A stretch of 64,000 nt of DNA from Verrucomicrobiota bacterium (GCA_033762115.1 JANRLX010000107.1:1-64000), one strand, 5' to 3'. Shown: positions 1 to 9,810, numbered from the stretch's first letter. Made by a program: numbers and translations. Notes: generated from the sequence alone by a model not told the origin.

Positions 1-886
1 CGCCGCAATTCGGAGAAGCGTGAGACGGGCCCGGTACTTGTCGATGCACTGGTGTCAGCAGCGGACCGCAGTCGCCGCAATTCGGAGAAGCGTGAGACGG
101 CCGAAATGCAAAGGCAAGGAAGCCTCAATCCAGGGACCGCAGTCGCCGCAATTCGGAGAAGCGTGAGACGGACAAAATCACGCAGTCATTGGTTTGGGGT
201 GGATGCCACCGCAGTCGCCGCAATTCGGAGAAGCGTGAGACGGTCCCGGTAACAATCGCTTTGCTCAACTTGAACCAGACCGCAGTCGCCGCAATTCGGA
301 GAAGCGTGAGACGGTCCGAACCCGGTAAAGAACGTCACCGTGACATCCGACCGCAGTCGCCGCAATTCGGAGAAGCGTGAGACGGCTATGCGAAAACCAT
401 CTTGCCCCGCTGACCGCTAACCGCAGTCGCCGCAATTCGGAGAAGCGTGAGACGGGTGCATGTCGGGGACATGAGGGTCTATTGGGGCACGACCGCAGTC
501 GCCGCAATTCGGAGAAGCGTGAGACGGATCCCCACCTCTATTATCAGGACGTTCACCTGGAGACCGCAGTCGCCGCAATTCGGAGAAGCGTGAGACGGAC
601 CGGGATCAATGAAGAAACCTTCGATCAGTTGCGACCGCAGTCGCCGCAATTCGGAGAAGCGTGAGACGGCAGATATTATCGGGCAGTCGCTTGCGCCACT
701 TCTCCGGCAACCGCAGTCGCCGCAATTCGGAGAAGCGTGAGACGGACTACTAATTGGCGGTGTGAATGTTTGTGTCATAGACCGCAGTCGCCGCAATTCG
801 GAGAAGCGTGAGACGGTTGTTTATATTACCCAGTTTCCAAACTTTTTTGTACCGCAGTCGCCGCAATTCGGAGAAGCGTGAGACGG
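1..886. CRISPR. CRISPR array (right end; continues off the left edge)
   Basis: Identical 36-nt repeat ACCGCAGTCGCCGCAATTCGGAGAAGCGTGAGACGG at 1-28 (partial), 65, 136, 208, 279, 350, 420, 492, 563, 634, 710, 781 and 851. Twelve unique spacers of 34-40 nt. Confidence 0.98.
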
Positions 887-918
887 TCACATGCAGCGAG
901 GCAGCGCAGGCCTGGCAG

Positions 919-1389
919 TCATCGAGCTGCGCAGGCTTCATGTATCAGTGATTCCTGTCTGACTAGTTGTTTCCGGGTCGTTTGCAATCGCTGGATTACG
1001 ATTTGCGTGATACGGCGCATTACATCATAGCCGAACTCCGGATGCTCTTCTGCCTGTACGAGCAGATGGCCGCCGTCGCAGCAGATAGCGCGCGTTGGTT
1101 GTGTGGCCCGCGCCTGAAAATGCCAGTAAAAGGGTGGAAAGAGCCACGACCAGCCCAACACATCCCCATCCCCGAGGGTCTGAATCAAAGTTGTATTACC
1201 TGTCGACCTGGATTCGAGCGCGACTTCACCCGATTGAATCAGGAAGAGCGCATTGGCAGGTTCGCCTTCGCGGAAGATGACTTCGCCAGCGGCAAAGTTC
1301 TTCTCTTCTGCGCCGTGCAGGAAGATTTCCCGGTTTTTGGGATCCATTCCTGCCAGGAACGGGTGCTGGAATTTTGTTGAAGTTTTCAT
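919..1389 (-). CDS. Stand-alone cyclic-nucleotide-binding (Crp/Fnr sensory) domain protein, no HTH
   Basis: FAAGEVIFREGEPANALFLIQSGEV...LGDGDVLGWSWLF cNMP-binding fold. Start taken at ATG 1389 (MKTSTKF). Confidence 0.85.
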   Translation of the reverse strand: MKTSTKFQHPFLAGMDPKNREIFLHGAEEKNFAAGEVIFREGEPANALFLIQSGEVALESRSTGNTTLIQTLGDGDVLGWSWLFPPFYWHFQARATQPTRAICCDGGHLLVQAEEHPEFGYDVMRRITQIVIQRLQTTRKQLVRQESLIHEACAAR

Positions 1390-1632
1390 ACGCACTTTCA
1401 CTTCCAGGGTTTGTGTTTCACTTATTATTCGTCGCATGAATGGCAGGCCGCTGCTCACCGAAAAATGGCAAGAACACAACAACTCTTGCCTCCGGACTCT
1501 GAGTTGATGGAAGCTCGGCATCGGAAAGGCTTACGTAGAGTGCAATAACTGTCCAGAAGGCGGACGAATTCATCCGGATTATGAAAAGGATTCATTTCAG
1601 GAGTCGGGTTTGAAGTTGATTTGCAAGTTGGC

Positions 1633-1662
1633 CGTGTTATGAAATTTAATATTCGTAACACG
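1633..1662. promoter_or_regulatory. NikR-type operator palindrome overlapping the promoter of the nikR-like gene
   Basis: C-GTGTTA-N16-TAACAC-G, the 6-16-6 geometry of NikR operators. TTGCAA (1621) and TTTAAT (1645) are possible -35/-10 elements. The ATG is at 1664. Confidence 0.75.
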
Positions 1663-1663
1663 A

Positions 1664-2101
1664 ATGAGTGGCGGAAAAAAATCAAAGCTGGTTCGGTTTA
1701 GCATTTCAATCCCCCAGGACGTTGCGCTGGGGTTGGACCGGATGACGACCGAACGTGGTTTTTCCAATCGCTCCCAGTGCCTGACTTCGCTTGTGCGCGA
1801 TCAATTGCTCGGGCATGCCGGAGATAATGGGAGCCGCGTCATGATGGGATTGATCAGCCTCATTTATGACCATCGAAAACCGCGAATTCAGCGGATGCTC
1901 ACTGAGCTGCAACATCAGCATTTGAAGGAAATTGTGACAATCCAGCTTGTTCACCTGGAAAACCATCACACCCTGCAGGTGCTACTGGTGCAGGGGCCGG
2001 TGAAAAATCTTCGAGCTTTGGCAAATGGCGCAACCGCAATCAAAGGGGTTCGGCATGGTTCGTTGCAATTGAATTCCGAACTGCTTCCGCCGCTTTATTG
2101 A
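1664..2101 (+). CDS. NikR-like ribbon-helix-helix/ACT-fold regulator with a degenerate Ni site
   Basis: RFSISI...GFSNRSQ RHH domain, then YDH..QH..VH...KGVRHGSL NikR C-terminal domain. Confidence 0.88.
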   Translation: MSGGKKSKLVRFSISIPQDVALGLDRMTTERGFSNRSQCLTSLVRDQLLGHAGDNGSRVMMGLISLIYDHRKPRIQRMLTELQHQHLKEIVTIQLVHLENHHTLQVLLVQGPVKNLRALANGATAIKGVRHGSLQLNSELLPPLY

Positions 2102-2109
2102 TACTGTGT

Positions 2110-2856
2110 ATGTCTGAAAATTTGACCTCAAATATTGGCGTTCCCAAGGAAAAAGTCCTCTTTCGTGAGACGGTCCAGGGTGGTGCGAATTGGTCGCACG
2201 TGCTGAAACGTGGAACGACACTGCGAATCATCGACACGGAGGGCGGCACAAACGTCTCCGCTCTCTTCTACAATTTTGAACTGCTTTCGGAACGATACAA
2301 CATGGCGGACACCCTGAAGGCGCAACACATTTCGCATCTCAAGGAAGGGTGCGCGCTTTATTCGGATATGGGCAGGATTCTTGTTTCACTCCCGCGTGAC
2401 ACGAGCGGCTGGCATGACACGATTTCAGGTCATTCCACTGCGGAACATCTGCTTCGACGCTTTGGACAGTCAAGTTTTCAGGAACAGAGAAATCGATTTC
2501 AGCGCAATGCGCGCGACAATTTTTTGATGGAAATGGGAAAGTATGATCTTGGGCTGCGCGATCTTGTGCCAAATGTAAACTTTTTCAGCAAAGTAAGCGT
2601 GACAGATACGGGAGAATTGCGTTTCGACGCATCACACGCTCGCGCTGGGGCCTTTGTCGATGTGCGGGCGGAAATGAACACGCTCGTTATTCTTAATACC
2701 TGCGTTCATCCGCTTGCCACCGGAAGAGATTACGATCCAAAACCTGCGGAGCTTGTGGTGTGGAGTTCCGGAGGCCCCGGTCCTGATGATCCTGTGCGGA
2801 AGTTTCGACCTGAAAACGAGCGCGGGCTTTTATTAACCGAACGCTACTTCCTTTGA
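2110..2856 (+). CDS. Urea carboxylase-associated protein 1 (DUF1989; carboxyguanidine deiminase subunit, CgdA-like)
   Basis: [26 protein letters not shown] and VNFFSKV motifs; lies upstream of uca. Confidence 0.9.
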   Translation: MSENLTSNIGVPKEKVLFRETVQGGANWSHVLKRGTTLRIIDTEGGTNVSALFYNFELLSERYNMADTLKAQHISHLKEGCALYSDMGRILVSLPRDTSGWHDTISGHSTAEHLLRRFGQSSFQEQRNRFQRNARDNFLMEMGKYDLGLRDLVPNVNFFSKVSVTDTGELRFDASHARAGAFVDVRAEMNTLVILNTCVHPLATGRDYDPKPAELVVWSSGGPGPDDPVRKFRPENERGLLLTERYFL

Positions 2857-2857
2857 T

Positions 2858-3496
2858 ATGAGCCTTCTGGAATCGAAATTAAATCCATCGGTCGCAGCTT
2901 ACAGTCGTGTCATCGAGGCGGGTGACGGCTGGATGCACCGCATCAATCAAGGACAAACCTTTCGCATTGTTGATTTGGAGGGAAACCAGGCCGTTGACAC
3001 GCTCTTTTTCAACGCCGCCGACCCGAGCGAACGGTATAGTGCCGTTGATACCATTCGTGAGCAGGGGGGAATTTATCTGACGGTCGGTACTCGCTTATTG
3101 TCTACACTGGGCCGCTCGTTGTTGACAATTGTCGCCGATACCTGCGGACGGCACGATACCCTCGGAGGCGCCTGCGCTGCTGAGAGCAACATGGTTCGAT
3201 ACGCCATCGAGAAGCGCTGTATGCACAATTGCCGCGACACGTTCCTCAAGCAAATGGCGGAATTTCCCGGCAGTTTTTCCAAACGCGATTTGAGCGCTAA
3301 CATTAATTTCTTCATGAATGTGCCAGTCACTTCCAATGGGCGGCTCACCTTTGCCGATGGAATTTCCGAGCCGGGCAAGTATGTCGAAATGCGCGCGGAC
3401 ATGGATGTGATTTGCCTGATTTCAAATTGTCCGCAGTTGAATAATCCATGCAATGCCTACAACCCGACGCCAGTGCGCCTTTTAATTTGGGATTGA
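2858..3496 (+). CDS. Urea carboxylase-associated protein 2 (DUF1989; CgdB-like)
   Basis: [30 protein letters not shown] and [17 protein letters not shown] motifs. Confidence 0.92.
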   Translation: MSLLESKLNPSVAAYSRVIEAGDGWMHRINQGQTFRIVDLEGNQAVDTLFFNAADPSERYSAVDTIREQGGIYLTVGTRLLSTLGRSLLTIVADTCGRHDTLGGACAAESNMVRYAIEKRCMHNCRDTFLKQMAEFPGSFSKRDLSANINFFMNVPVTSNGRLTFADGISEPGKYVEMRADMDVICLISNCPQLNNPCNAYNPTPVRLLIWD

Positions 3497-3497
3497 T

Positions 3498-6400
3498 TTG
3501 AAGGTTCTAATCGCCAACCGCGGCGCCATCGCCTGCCGCATTATCCGCACGTTGAAGCGACTTAATTTTGCTTCGGTCGCTGTCTATTCAGAAGCAGATG
3601 TTGCATCAAGGCATATCGAGATGGCGGACGAAGCCGTCTTGATTGGCCCAGCTTCGCCGCGTGAAAGTTATTTGAATATTCCGGCGATCCTTGCCGCGGC
3701 TCGCAGTATCGGCGCACAGGCCATTCATCCAGGATACGGTTTTCTCAGTGAAAATGCCGCATTTGCGACCGCTTGCGAAAATGCTGGCATCCGCTTCATC
3801 GGGCCCACTCCAGAGCAAATGGAAAATTTCGGCCTCAAGCATCGCGCTCGGGAATTGGCTGTAGAAGCCAGAGTGCCTCTGCTGCCGGGAACGGGATTGC
3901 TGGCTTCTTCAGAAGAAGCCGTGCGTGAGGCGAAAGCGATTGGTTATCCGGTGATGCTTAAAAGCACGGCTGGAGGTGGAGGGATTGGCATGCGCGTTTG
4001 CCATGACGCTTCCGAACTTGAGGCGCATTTCGCCTCAGTTTCCCGCCTGGGCGAGAGCAACTTCAAAAACGACGGGGTGTACCTCGAAAAATTCGTTACA
4101 CGCGCACGACATTTGGAAGTGCAGCTTTTTGGCGATGGGGCAGGGCGGGTGCTGGCGCTGGGAGAACGGGATTGTTCCCTGCAACGTCGCAACCAAAAGG
4201 TCGTCGAAGAAACGCCAGCTCCCAATTTGCCTGGGGAGATTCGTGGGCAGCTTCTTGAAAGCGCACGTAAACTTGGCGAACGCGTCAAGTATCGCTCGGC
4301 TGGCACAGTCGAGTTCGTTTATGACGCTGACACCGGCCAGTATTATTTTCTCGAAGTAAATACGCGCCTGCAGGTGGAGCATGGCGTCACGGAGGAGGTG
4401 CTGGGCATTGATCTTGTGGAATGGATGGTTCGGCTGGCCGCTGGTGACCTGGGTTTTTGGCCAGAACATCCTCTGTCATCAAACGGTCATTCCATCCAAA
4501 CGCGCATTTACGCAGAGGACCCCCAGCGAAATTTTCAACCCAGTTCCGGTTTGCTCACGGAGGTCCGCTGGCCCAATGGTGTGCGAACCGAAACATGGGT
4601 GGTTGCTGGTGACAGCGTTAGTCCAAACTATGATCCGCTCATTGCCAAATTGATCGTGCGTGGCGCGAATCGAGATGAAGCGCTCGCTAAAATGCGCACG
4701 GCCCTGGATCAAGCTTCGGTTCAGGGAATTGAAACCAATCGCGCCTACCTGCGAATGATTTTTGATCACTCGGATTTTGTGCTTGGAAATCCGACCACAG
4801 CCCTGCTGGGGCGGTTTCATTTCGAGTCTGATGCCATCGAAGTGCTCGAACCGGGAGCGATGACCACGGTGCAGGATTTTCCAGGACGACTTGGCTACTG
4901 GAACGTAGGCGTTCCCCCTTCTGGCCCGATGGATGACGCGTCATTGCGCCTGGCGAACCGTCTCGTGGGAAATCCTGAAGGTGCACCGGCTCTGGAATGC
5001 ACGCTCACGGGTCCATACTTAAAATTTCATGGTCCGGCCACCATCGCGCTCGTGGGCGCACAGTCCAACCCGGAACTCAATGGCAAAGCAATCTCCATGC
5101 ACGTGGCCATTCGAGTTACAGCGGGCGACCTGCTTCGCACGGGACGGGCTGTCGGCACAGGCTGCCGCTTTTACCTGAGCATCCGTGGAGGTGTGGCTTC
5201 ACCCGAATACCTCGGCAGCAAATCGACATTCACTCTCGCCAAATTTGGAGGACCTTTCGGCCGTGCCTTGCAAACCGGCGATATGCTGCATATTGACCAG
5301 CTGGAACTTTCGACACCCTGCGCCAGGCCGCTTCGCCCGCCAGCATGGTCAAATTATTGGCAAATCCGCGTCCTTTATGGGCCGCACGGCTCGCCTGACT
5401 ATTTTACAGCTGACGATATTGCGGAATTCTTCCGTGCAAATTGGAAGGTTCATTACAACTCCAATCCCACAGGCATTCGCTTGATTGGTCCCAAGCCAAA
5501 ATGGGCGCGCCCGGACGGCGGAGAGGCAGGGCTGCATCCTTCGAACATTCACGACAATGCCTATGCCATTGGCACCATTGATTTCACTGGCGACATGCCG
5601 ATCATCCTTGGCCCGGACGGACCCAGCCTGGGAGGATTTGTTTGCCCCGCGACAATTATTCGTGCCGATCGGTGGATCATGGGGCAATTACGCCCGGGCG
5701 ACACCATACGATTTATTCCCATCGATTTGCCTGACGCTGAAAGAGCGGAACGTGAATTGGATGCAGCTATTGCCGAACTTCGCTTCCCGGAATTGTACCG
5801 AATTGTATCCGAGATTATCGAGATACCATCATCTGCGATCCTCAAACACCTCACTAAACCAGCGCGTTCTGTTGAAGTGAAATATCGGCCTTCCGGGGAC
5901 AAATACCTGCTGATCGAATATGGCGAGGCCAAACTGGACCTTGCGTTACGCGTGCGGGTACATGCCCTCATGCTTTGGATTCAGGCGCAAAACCTGCCCG
6001 GAGTGATAGACCTTACACCGGGAATTCGCTCGCTGCAGATCCATTATGACAACCGAACTCTATCCCGTACGCGCCTGCTTGATTTGCTTGAAGCTGCGGA
6101 GGACGAACTCGGTTCCCTTGATGACTTTAAAGTCCCTTCCCGCATCATTCACCTGCCGTTGTCGTGGAACGATCCTGCCACACAGCTGGCCATAGAAAAG
6201 TACATGCAATCCGTGCGCGCTGACGCGCCGTGGTGTCCGAGTAATATTGAATTTATTCGCCGCATTAATGGCTTCGCGCATCCCGAGGAGGTTTACAAAA
6301 CTGTTTACGAGGCCAGTTATTTTGTGCTTGGCCTGGGCGATGTTTATCTGGGCGCACCTGTCGCCACGCCGCTGGACCCGCGACATCGGCTTGTCACCAC

Positions 6401-7094
6401 GAAGTATAATCCGGCGCGCACATGGACGCCTGAAAACGCCGTTGGCATTGGTGGCGCCTACATGTGCATTTATGGAATGGAAGGCCCTGGCGGTTATCAG
6501 TTTGTGGGGCGCACCCTTCAGGTGTGGAATACCTGGAGACAAACTCGCGATTTCGTCGAAGGCAAAACGTGGCTCCTCCGCTTCTTTGACCAGATTCGTT
6601 TTTATCCCGTCGAAGCGGAAGAACTCCTCGCGATGCGTCGCGACTTCCCACTTGGGCGTTTTCAATTAAATGTAGAAGCAAGCGAGTTTTCTCTGCGCGA
6701 TTATCAGGCGTTCCTTTCAAGCAACGTTCAATCCATTTCGGCATTCCAGTCCCAACAACGCGCTGCCTTTTCGGAGGAACGTGAACGCTGGCGCGCGCAG
6801 GGACAGGAACTCGCTGCCGCTGATCCGGCATTGGATGAAGCGCCGCCTGTAGAGATTGAGATTCCCAACGGCTGCGAGGCGGTTCGCGCCCAACTCACCG
6901 GTAACGTCTGGAAAGTTCTGGTTAATATTGGCGACCATGTTGCTGCGGGCGATGCCGTGGTCATCGTTGAAGCGATGAAGATGGAAGCTCGGATGAACAC
7001 CCATGTTGCGGGTACGGTTCGCGAAATTCATTGCTCGGAAGGCAAAGCGGTTGCCGCTGGACAATTGCTCATCACTATCCAAACCACCGCATGA
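3498..7094 (+). CDS. uca: Urea/guanidine carboxylase (biotin carboxylase + carboxyltransferase + BCCP)
   Basis: LIANRGAIA, HPGYGFLSEN, RDCSLQRRNQK, KYNPARTWTPENAVGIGG, and the EAMKME biotin-attachment site. TTG start. Confidence 0.96.
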   Translation: MKVLIANRGAIACRIIRTLKRLNFASVAVYSEADVASRHIEMADEAVLIGPASPRESYLNIPAILAAARSIGAQAIHPGYGFLSENAAFATACENAGIRFIGPTPEQMENFGLKHRARELAVEARVPLLPGTGLLASSEEAVREAKAIGYPVMLKSTAGGGGIGMRVCHDASELEAHFASVSRLGESNFKNDGVYLEKFVTRARHLEVQLFGDGAGRVLALGERDCSLQRRNQKVVEETPAPNLPGEIRGQLLESARKLGERVKYRSAGTVEFVYDADTGQYYFLEVNTRLQVEHGVTEEVLGIDLVEWMVRLAAGDLGFWPEHPLSSNGHSIQTRIYAEDPQRNFQPSSGLLTEVRWPNGVRTETWVVAGDSVSPNYDPLIAKLIVRGANRDEALAKMRTALDQASVQGIETNRAYLRMIFDHSDFVLGNPTTALLGRFHFESDAIEVLEPGAMTTVQDFPGRLGYWNVGVPPSGPMDDASLRLANRLVGNPEGAPALECTLTGPYLKFHGPATIALVGAQSNPELNGKAISMHVAIRVTAGDLLRTGRAVGTGCRFYLSIRGGVASPEYLGSKSTFTLAKFGGPFGRALQTGDMLHIDQLELSTPCARPLRPPAWSNYWQIRVLYGPHGSPDYFTADDIAEFFRANWKVHYNSNPTGIRLIGPKPKWARPDGGEAGLHPSNIHDNAYAIGTIDFTGDMPIILGPDGPSLGGFVCPATIIRADRWIMGQLRPGDTIRFIPIDLPDAERAERELDAAIAELRFPELYRIVSEIIEIPSSAILKHLTKPARSVEVKYRPSGDKYLLIEYGEAKLDLALRVRVHALMLWIQAQNLPGVIDLTPGIRSLQIHYDNRTLSRTRLLDLLEAAEDELGSLDDFKVPSRIIHLPLSWNDPATQLAIEKYMQSVRADAPWCPSNIEFIRRINGFAHPEEVYKTVYEASYFVLGLGDVYLGAPVATPLDPRHRLVTTKYNPARTWTPENAVGIGGAYMCIYGMEGPGGYQFVGRTLQVWNTWRQTRDFVEGKTWLLRFFDQIRFYPVEAEELLAMRRDFPLGRFQLNVEASEFSLRDYQAFLSSNVQSISAFQSQQRAAFSEERERWRAQGQELAAADPALDEAPPVEIEIPNGCEAVRAQLTGNVWKVLVNIGDHVAAGDAVVIVEAMKMEARMNTHVAGTVREIHCSEGKAVAAGQLLITIQTTA

Positions 7095-8743
7095 ACGCCA
7101 GGGACAAACGTGTATGGATCAGCGTGGCCGATGAATCCTTCATCAACGCTCAAAGATCCGAACTCGAAATTCGAGCGGGTGGGGAGAGATTGCCACTGCT
7201 GGGGCTTACCTTTGCCGTCAAAGACAATATCGATGTTGAAGGCTTTCCAACCACCGCTGGCTGTCCGGATTTTTCCTACAATCCCACACGCGACGCGATG
7301 GCCGTAAAACTCCTCAAATCGGCAGGGGCTGCTGTCCTCGGCAAAACGACGATGGACCAGTTCGCGACGGGCCTTGTCGGCACTCGCAGTCCCCACGGTC
7401 CCTGTCCCAATGCTTTCAATCCCGCATACATTTCGGGCGGATCAAGCTCTGGCTCGGCTGTGGCCGTTGCCCGTGGCGAAGTTGATTTTGCCCTTGGAAC
7501 CGATACAGCCGGTTCTGGTCGAGTTCCGGCCGCATATAACGGATTAATCGGGTATAAACCCACCAGAGGACTGATTAGTGCAATCGGCGTTGTCCCAGCC
7601 TGCCGCACGCTCGATTGTGTATCTATTTTTTCAAAAACCGTCGCCCTCGCCAGTCGGGTGGCGGAAGTTGTTCGCACCTTCGATCCTCAAGACCCATTCG
7701 CGCGCCAATACCTTCCGCGCCCAGCCGCGCCGGTTAACTTTCGCTTTGCTGTTCCAGATCGGCTTGAATTCTTTGGGGATGTCGAGGCACCAAAACTCTT
7801 TCAAGCTGCAATCGCAAAATTGGAAGCCTTGGGCGGTGAAAAAGTCACAATTAATTTTGCTCCCTTCGCGGAAGCCGCGACCCTGCTCTACAAGGGGCCG
7901 TGGGTTGCCGAGCGATTCGCCGCTGTCGGCGATTGGATTGAGCAACATCCTCATTCCGCTGACCCGATTGTCCGGGAAATTATTCTTGGCGGAAAAAAAC
8001 CAACCGCGGCCGAAGTCTTCCAATCCAGTTATCGACTCGCTGAGATCAAGCGGGACACTGAAGCCGTTTGGCGAGAGTGCCACTGCATGATTTTGCCCAC
8101 AGTGGCTAATTCTTATCGCATCGAGGAAATTTCTGCGAATCCCATTGAGTTGAATTCGCGGCTGGGGACCTACAATAATTTTGTCAATCTTCTGGACCTG
8201 GCTGCAGTGACAGCGCCTGCTGGTGCGTGGTCGTGTGGAGTTGGTTTCGGCATTAATCTTATTGGCCCTTCCTTCTCCGATGACGCACTCTTAAGCCTTG
8301 CAGCGCGCTTTTGCGGCGAGAGTATTCCCTCACCTGTAAAATCCACTCACGTATCTCTTGCGGTTGTTGGAGCCCATTTACGTGGCCAGCCACTGCACGC
8401 GCAAGTGGTTCAACTGGAAGCGCGATTTCTGCGCCAGACTCAGACCGCGCCGCGCTACCGCCTGTATGCGATTCCCAATAGCATACCCCCCAAGCCCGGC
8501 ATGCTGCGGCAAAAAGATGGGGTGCCCATCGAAGTAGAGGTCTATGAAATGACCCCTGAAGCTTTCGGCACGTTTGTCGCCGCTATTCCCCCGCCGCTTT
8601 GCATCGGTTCAGTCGAGTTAAGCGACGGAACATGGGTGAAAGGATTTTTGTGCGAACCAGCAGCCCTGGAGGGTGCCCTTGAAATCTCGGAATTCGGGGG
8701 GTGGCGTGCATGGTTGCAATCCCAAAAATCAACCTTGGCATGA
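7091..8743 (+). CDS. atzF: Allophanate hydrolase
   Basis: Amidase signature (VKDNID, GGSSSGSAVAVA, GTDTAGSGRVPA) plus the C-terminal AVVGAHL...GGWRAWL domain. ATGA overlap with uca. Confidence 0.95.
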   Translation: MNARDKRVWISVADESFINAQRSELEIRAGGERLPLLGLTFAVKDNIDVEGFPTTAGCPDFSYNPTRDAMAVKLLKSAGAAVLGKTTMDQFATGLVGTRSPHGPCPNAFNPAYISGGSSSGSAVAVARGEVDFALGTDTAGSGRVPAAYNGLIGYKPTRGLISAIGVVPACRTLDCVSIFSKTVALASRVAEVVRTFDPQDPFARQYLPRPAAPVNFRFAVPDRLEFFGDVEAPKLFQAAIAKLEALGGEKVTINFAPFAEAATLLYKGPWVAERFAAVGDWIEQHPHSADPIVREIILGGKKPTAAEVFQSSYRLAEIKRDTEAVWRECHCMILPTVANSYRIEEISANPIELNSRLGTYNNFVNLLDLAAVTAPAGAWSCGVGFGINLIGPSFSDDALLSLAARFCGESIPSPVKSTHVSLAVVGAHLRGQPLHAQVVQLEARFLRQTQTAPRYRLYAIPNSIPPKPGMLRQKDGVPIEVEVYEMTPEAFGTFVAAIPPPLCIGSVELSDGTWVKGFLCEPAALEGALEISEFGGWRAWLQSQKSTLA

Positions 8744-8751
8744 CCCGTGCT
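8735..8751 (+). promoter_or_regulatory. Candidate sigma54 (-24/-12) promoter for the ABC transporter genes
   Basis: TTGGCATGACCCGTGCT with exact GG-N10-GC spacing, about 70 nt before the ATG at 8819. Confidence 0.55.
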
Positions 8752-8818
8752 CGACCCCTTTTGCTCTAACAATCGTGCCATTCAAAATCAGTTTTAACTC
8801 ATAAATCAATCACCAGGA

Positions 8819-9799
8819 ATGCAAACTTCACGACGCAAATTTATTAACGTTTTGGGCTCTGTCGCTGGCGCCACTGCTCTCGCTCCACTCAGCCGTGCTG
8901 CCAGCAGCAGCGAGCCTCTCAAGGTGGCTTATTCCGATTGGCCCGGCTGGACTCTGCTTGAGGTGGCAAAGCAAAAAAATTGGTTTAAGGACGCGGGAGT
9001 CGCTGTCGAGCTTTTGTGGTTCGATTATCTCCCCAGCATCGATGCGTTTTCTGCTGGCAAATGCGACGGCATTACCATCGCCGCATCGGACGCGCTGGTC
9101 GCTGGCGCGAACGGGGCCAAGAGTAAAATCATCATGGTAATGGATTACAGCGATGGGAACGACAAGATTATTGGCAAACCTGGTATTAACTCGATCAAGG
9201 AACTCAAAGGCAAAAAGGTCGGTGTCGAAGTGACGCTCGTGGATCACCTGCTTCTTTTAAAAGCCCTCGAAGCAAATGGTATGACCCAGGCCGATGTCGA
9301 GTTGGTGAATACCGCCACCAACGAAACCCCGCAGACGCTTGCCAGCGGTCAGGTTGCTGCCATTGGCGCTTGGTATCCGATCGCCGGGCAGGCACTTAAA
9401 GCCGTGCCTGGTTCAAAAGCGCTTTTCACCAGTGCCGACGCGAAGGGTCTCATTTATGACGTGCTCGCCGTCAGCCCGGTTAGTTATGCCCGCCGCAAGA
9501 GCGATTGGGACAAATTCGTCAGCGTCTACTACCGTTGTATCGACTATATCCTTGATCCAAAAACCAGGGAGGACGCCGTGAAAATCATGGCAGCCAAAGT
9601 CGGTGCCAAGCCCGACGAATTCGCCGAGAACGTTCCTGGCACTCATTTCCTGACCAGAGAGGAAGCCAAAAAAACCCTCAAACCGGGCAAGGGCCTTGAC
9701 TCGCTATACGGTTCGCTTGAAGTCAGCAACAAATTTAACCTCGACAACAAGGTTTACAAAGATTCACAGGATCCAGCTTCCTACATTGTACCCGCCTAA
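8819..9799 (+). CDS. ABC substrate-binding protein (NMT1/SsuA-like, urea carboxylase region), Tat signal
   Basis: SRRKFI twin-arginine leader; AYSDWPGW, WFDYLPS and DYSDGNDKI motifs. Confidence 0.9.
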   Translation: MQTSRRKFINVLGSVAGATALAPLSRAASSSEPLKVAYSDWPGWTLLEVAKQKNWFKDAGVAVELLWFDYLPSIDAFSAGKCDGITIAASDALVAGANGAKSKIIMVMDYSDGNDKIIGKPGINSIKELKGKKVGVEVTLVDHLLLLKALEANGMTQADVELVNTATNETPQTLASGQVAAIGAWYPIAGQALKAVPGSKALFTSADAKGLIYDVLAVSPVSYARRKSDWDKFVSVYYRCIDYILDPKTREDAVKIMAAKVGAKPDEFAENVPGTHFLTREEAKKTLKPGKGLDSLYGSLEVSNKFNLDNKVYKDSQDPASYIVPA

Positions 9800-9810
9800 T
9801 TGGAGCTTGA

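Noticed and set aside
52..941. Several 60-105 aa ORFs over the array
   Set aside because: They are translations of CRISPR repeats and spacers (recurring TAVAAIRRSVRR / SRFSELRRLR).
912..947. Possible degenerate terminal repeat (GCAGTC core)
   Set aside because: Only about 14/36 identity, it would need a 25-nt spacer, and it overlaps the end of the cNMP-domain gene.
1440..1455. TGGCAGGCCGCTGCT sigma54-like motif
   Set aside because: GG-GC spacing is 9 rather than the required 10.
1390..1663. Guanidine-I (ykkC) riboswitch or tracrRNA in this intergenic region
   Set aside because: No recognisable ykkC conserved segments and no extended complementarity to the CRISPR repeat by eye. An Infernal scan would be decisive.
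2164..2173. CGTGAGACGG match to the repeat 3' end (a similar short reverse match lies near 34445)
   Set aside because: Matches of 9-10 nt inside coding sequence are expected by chance and are not anti-repeats.
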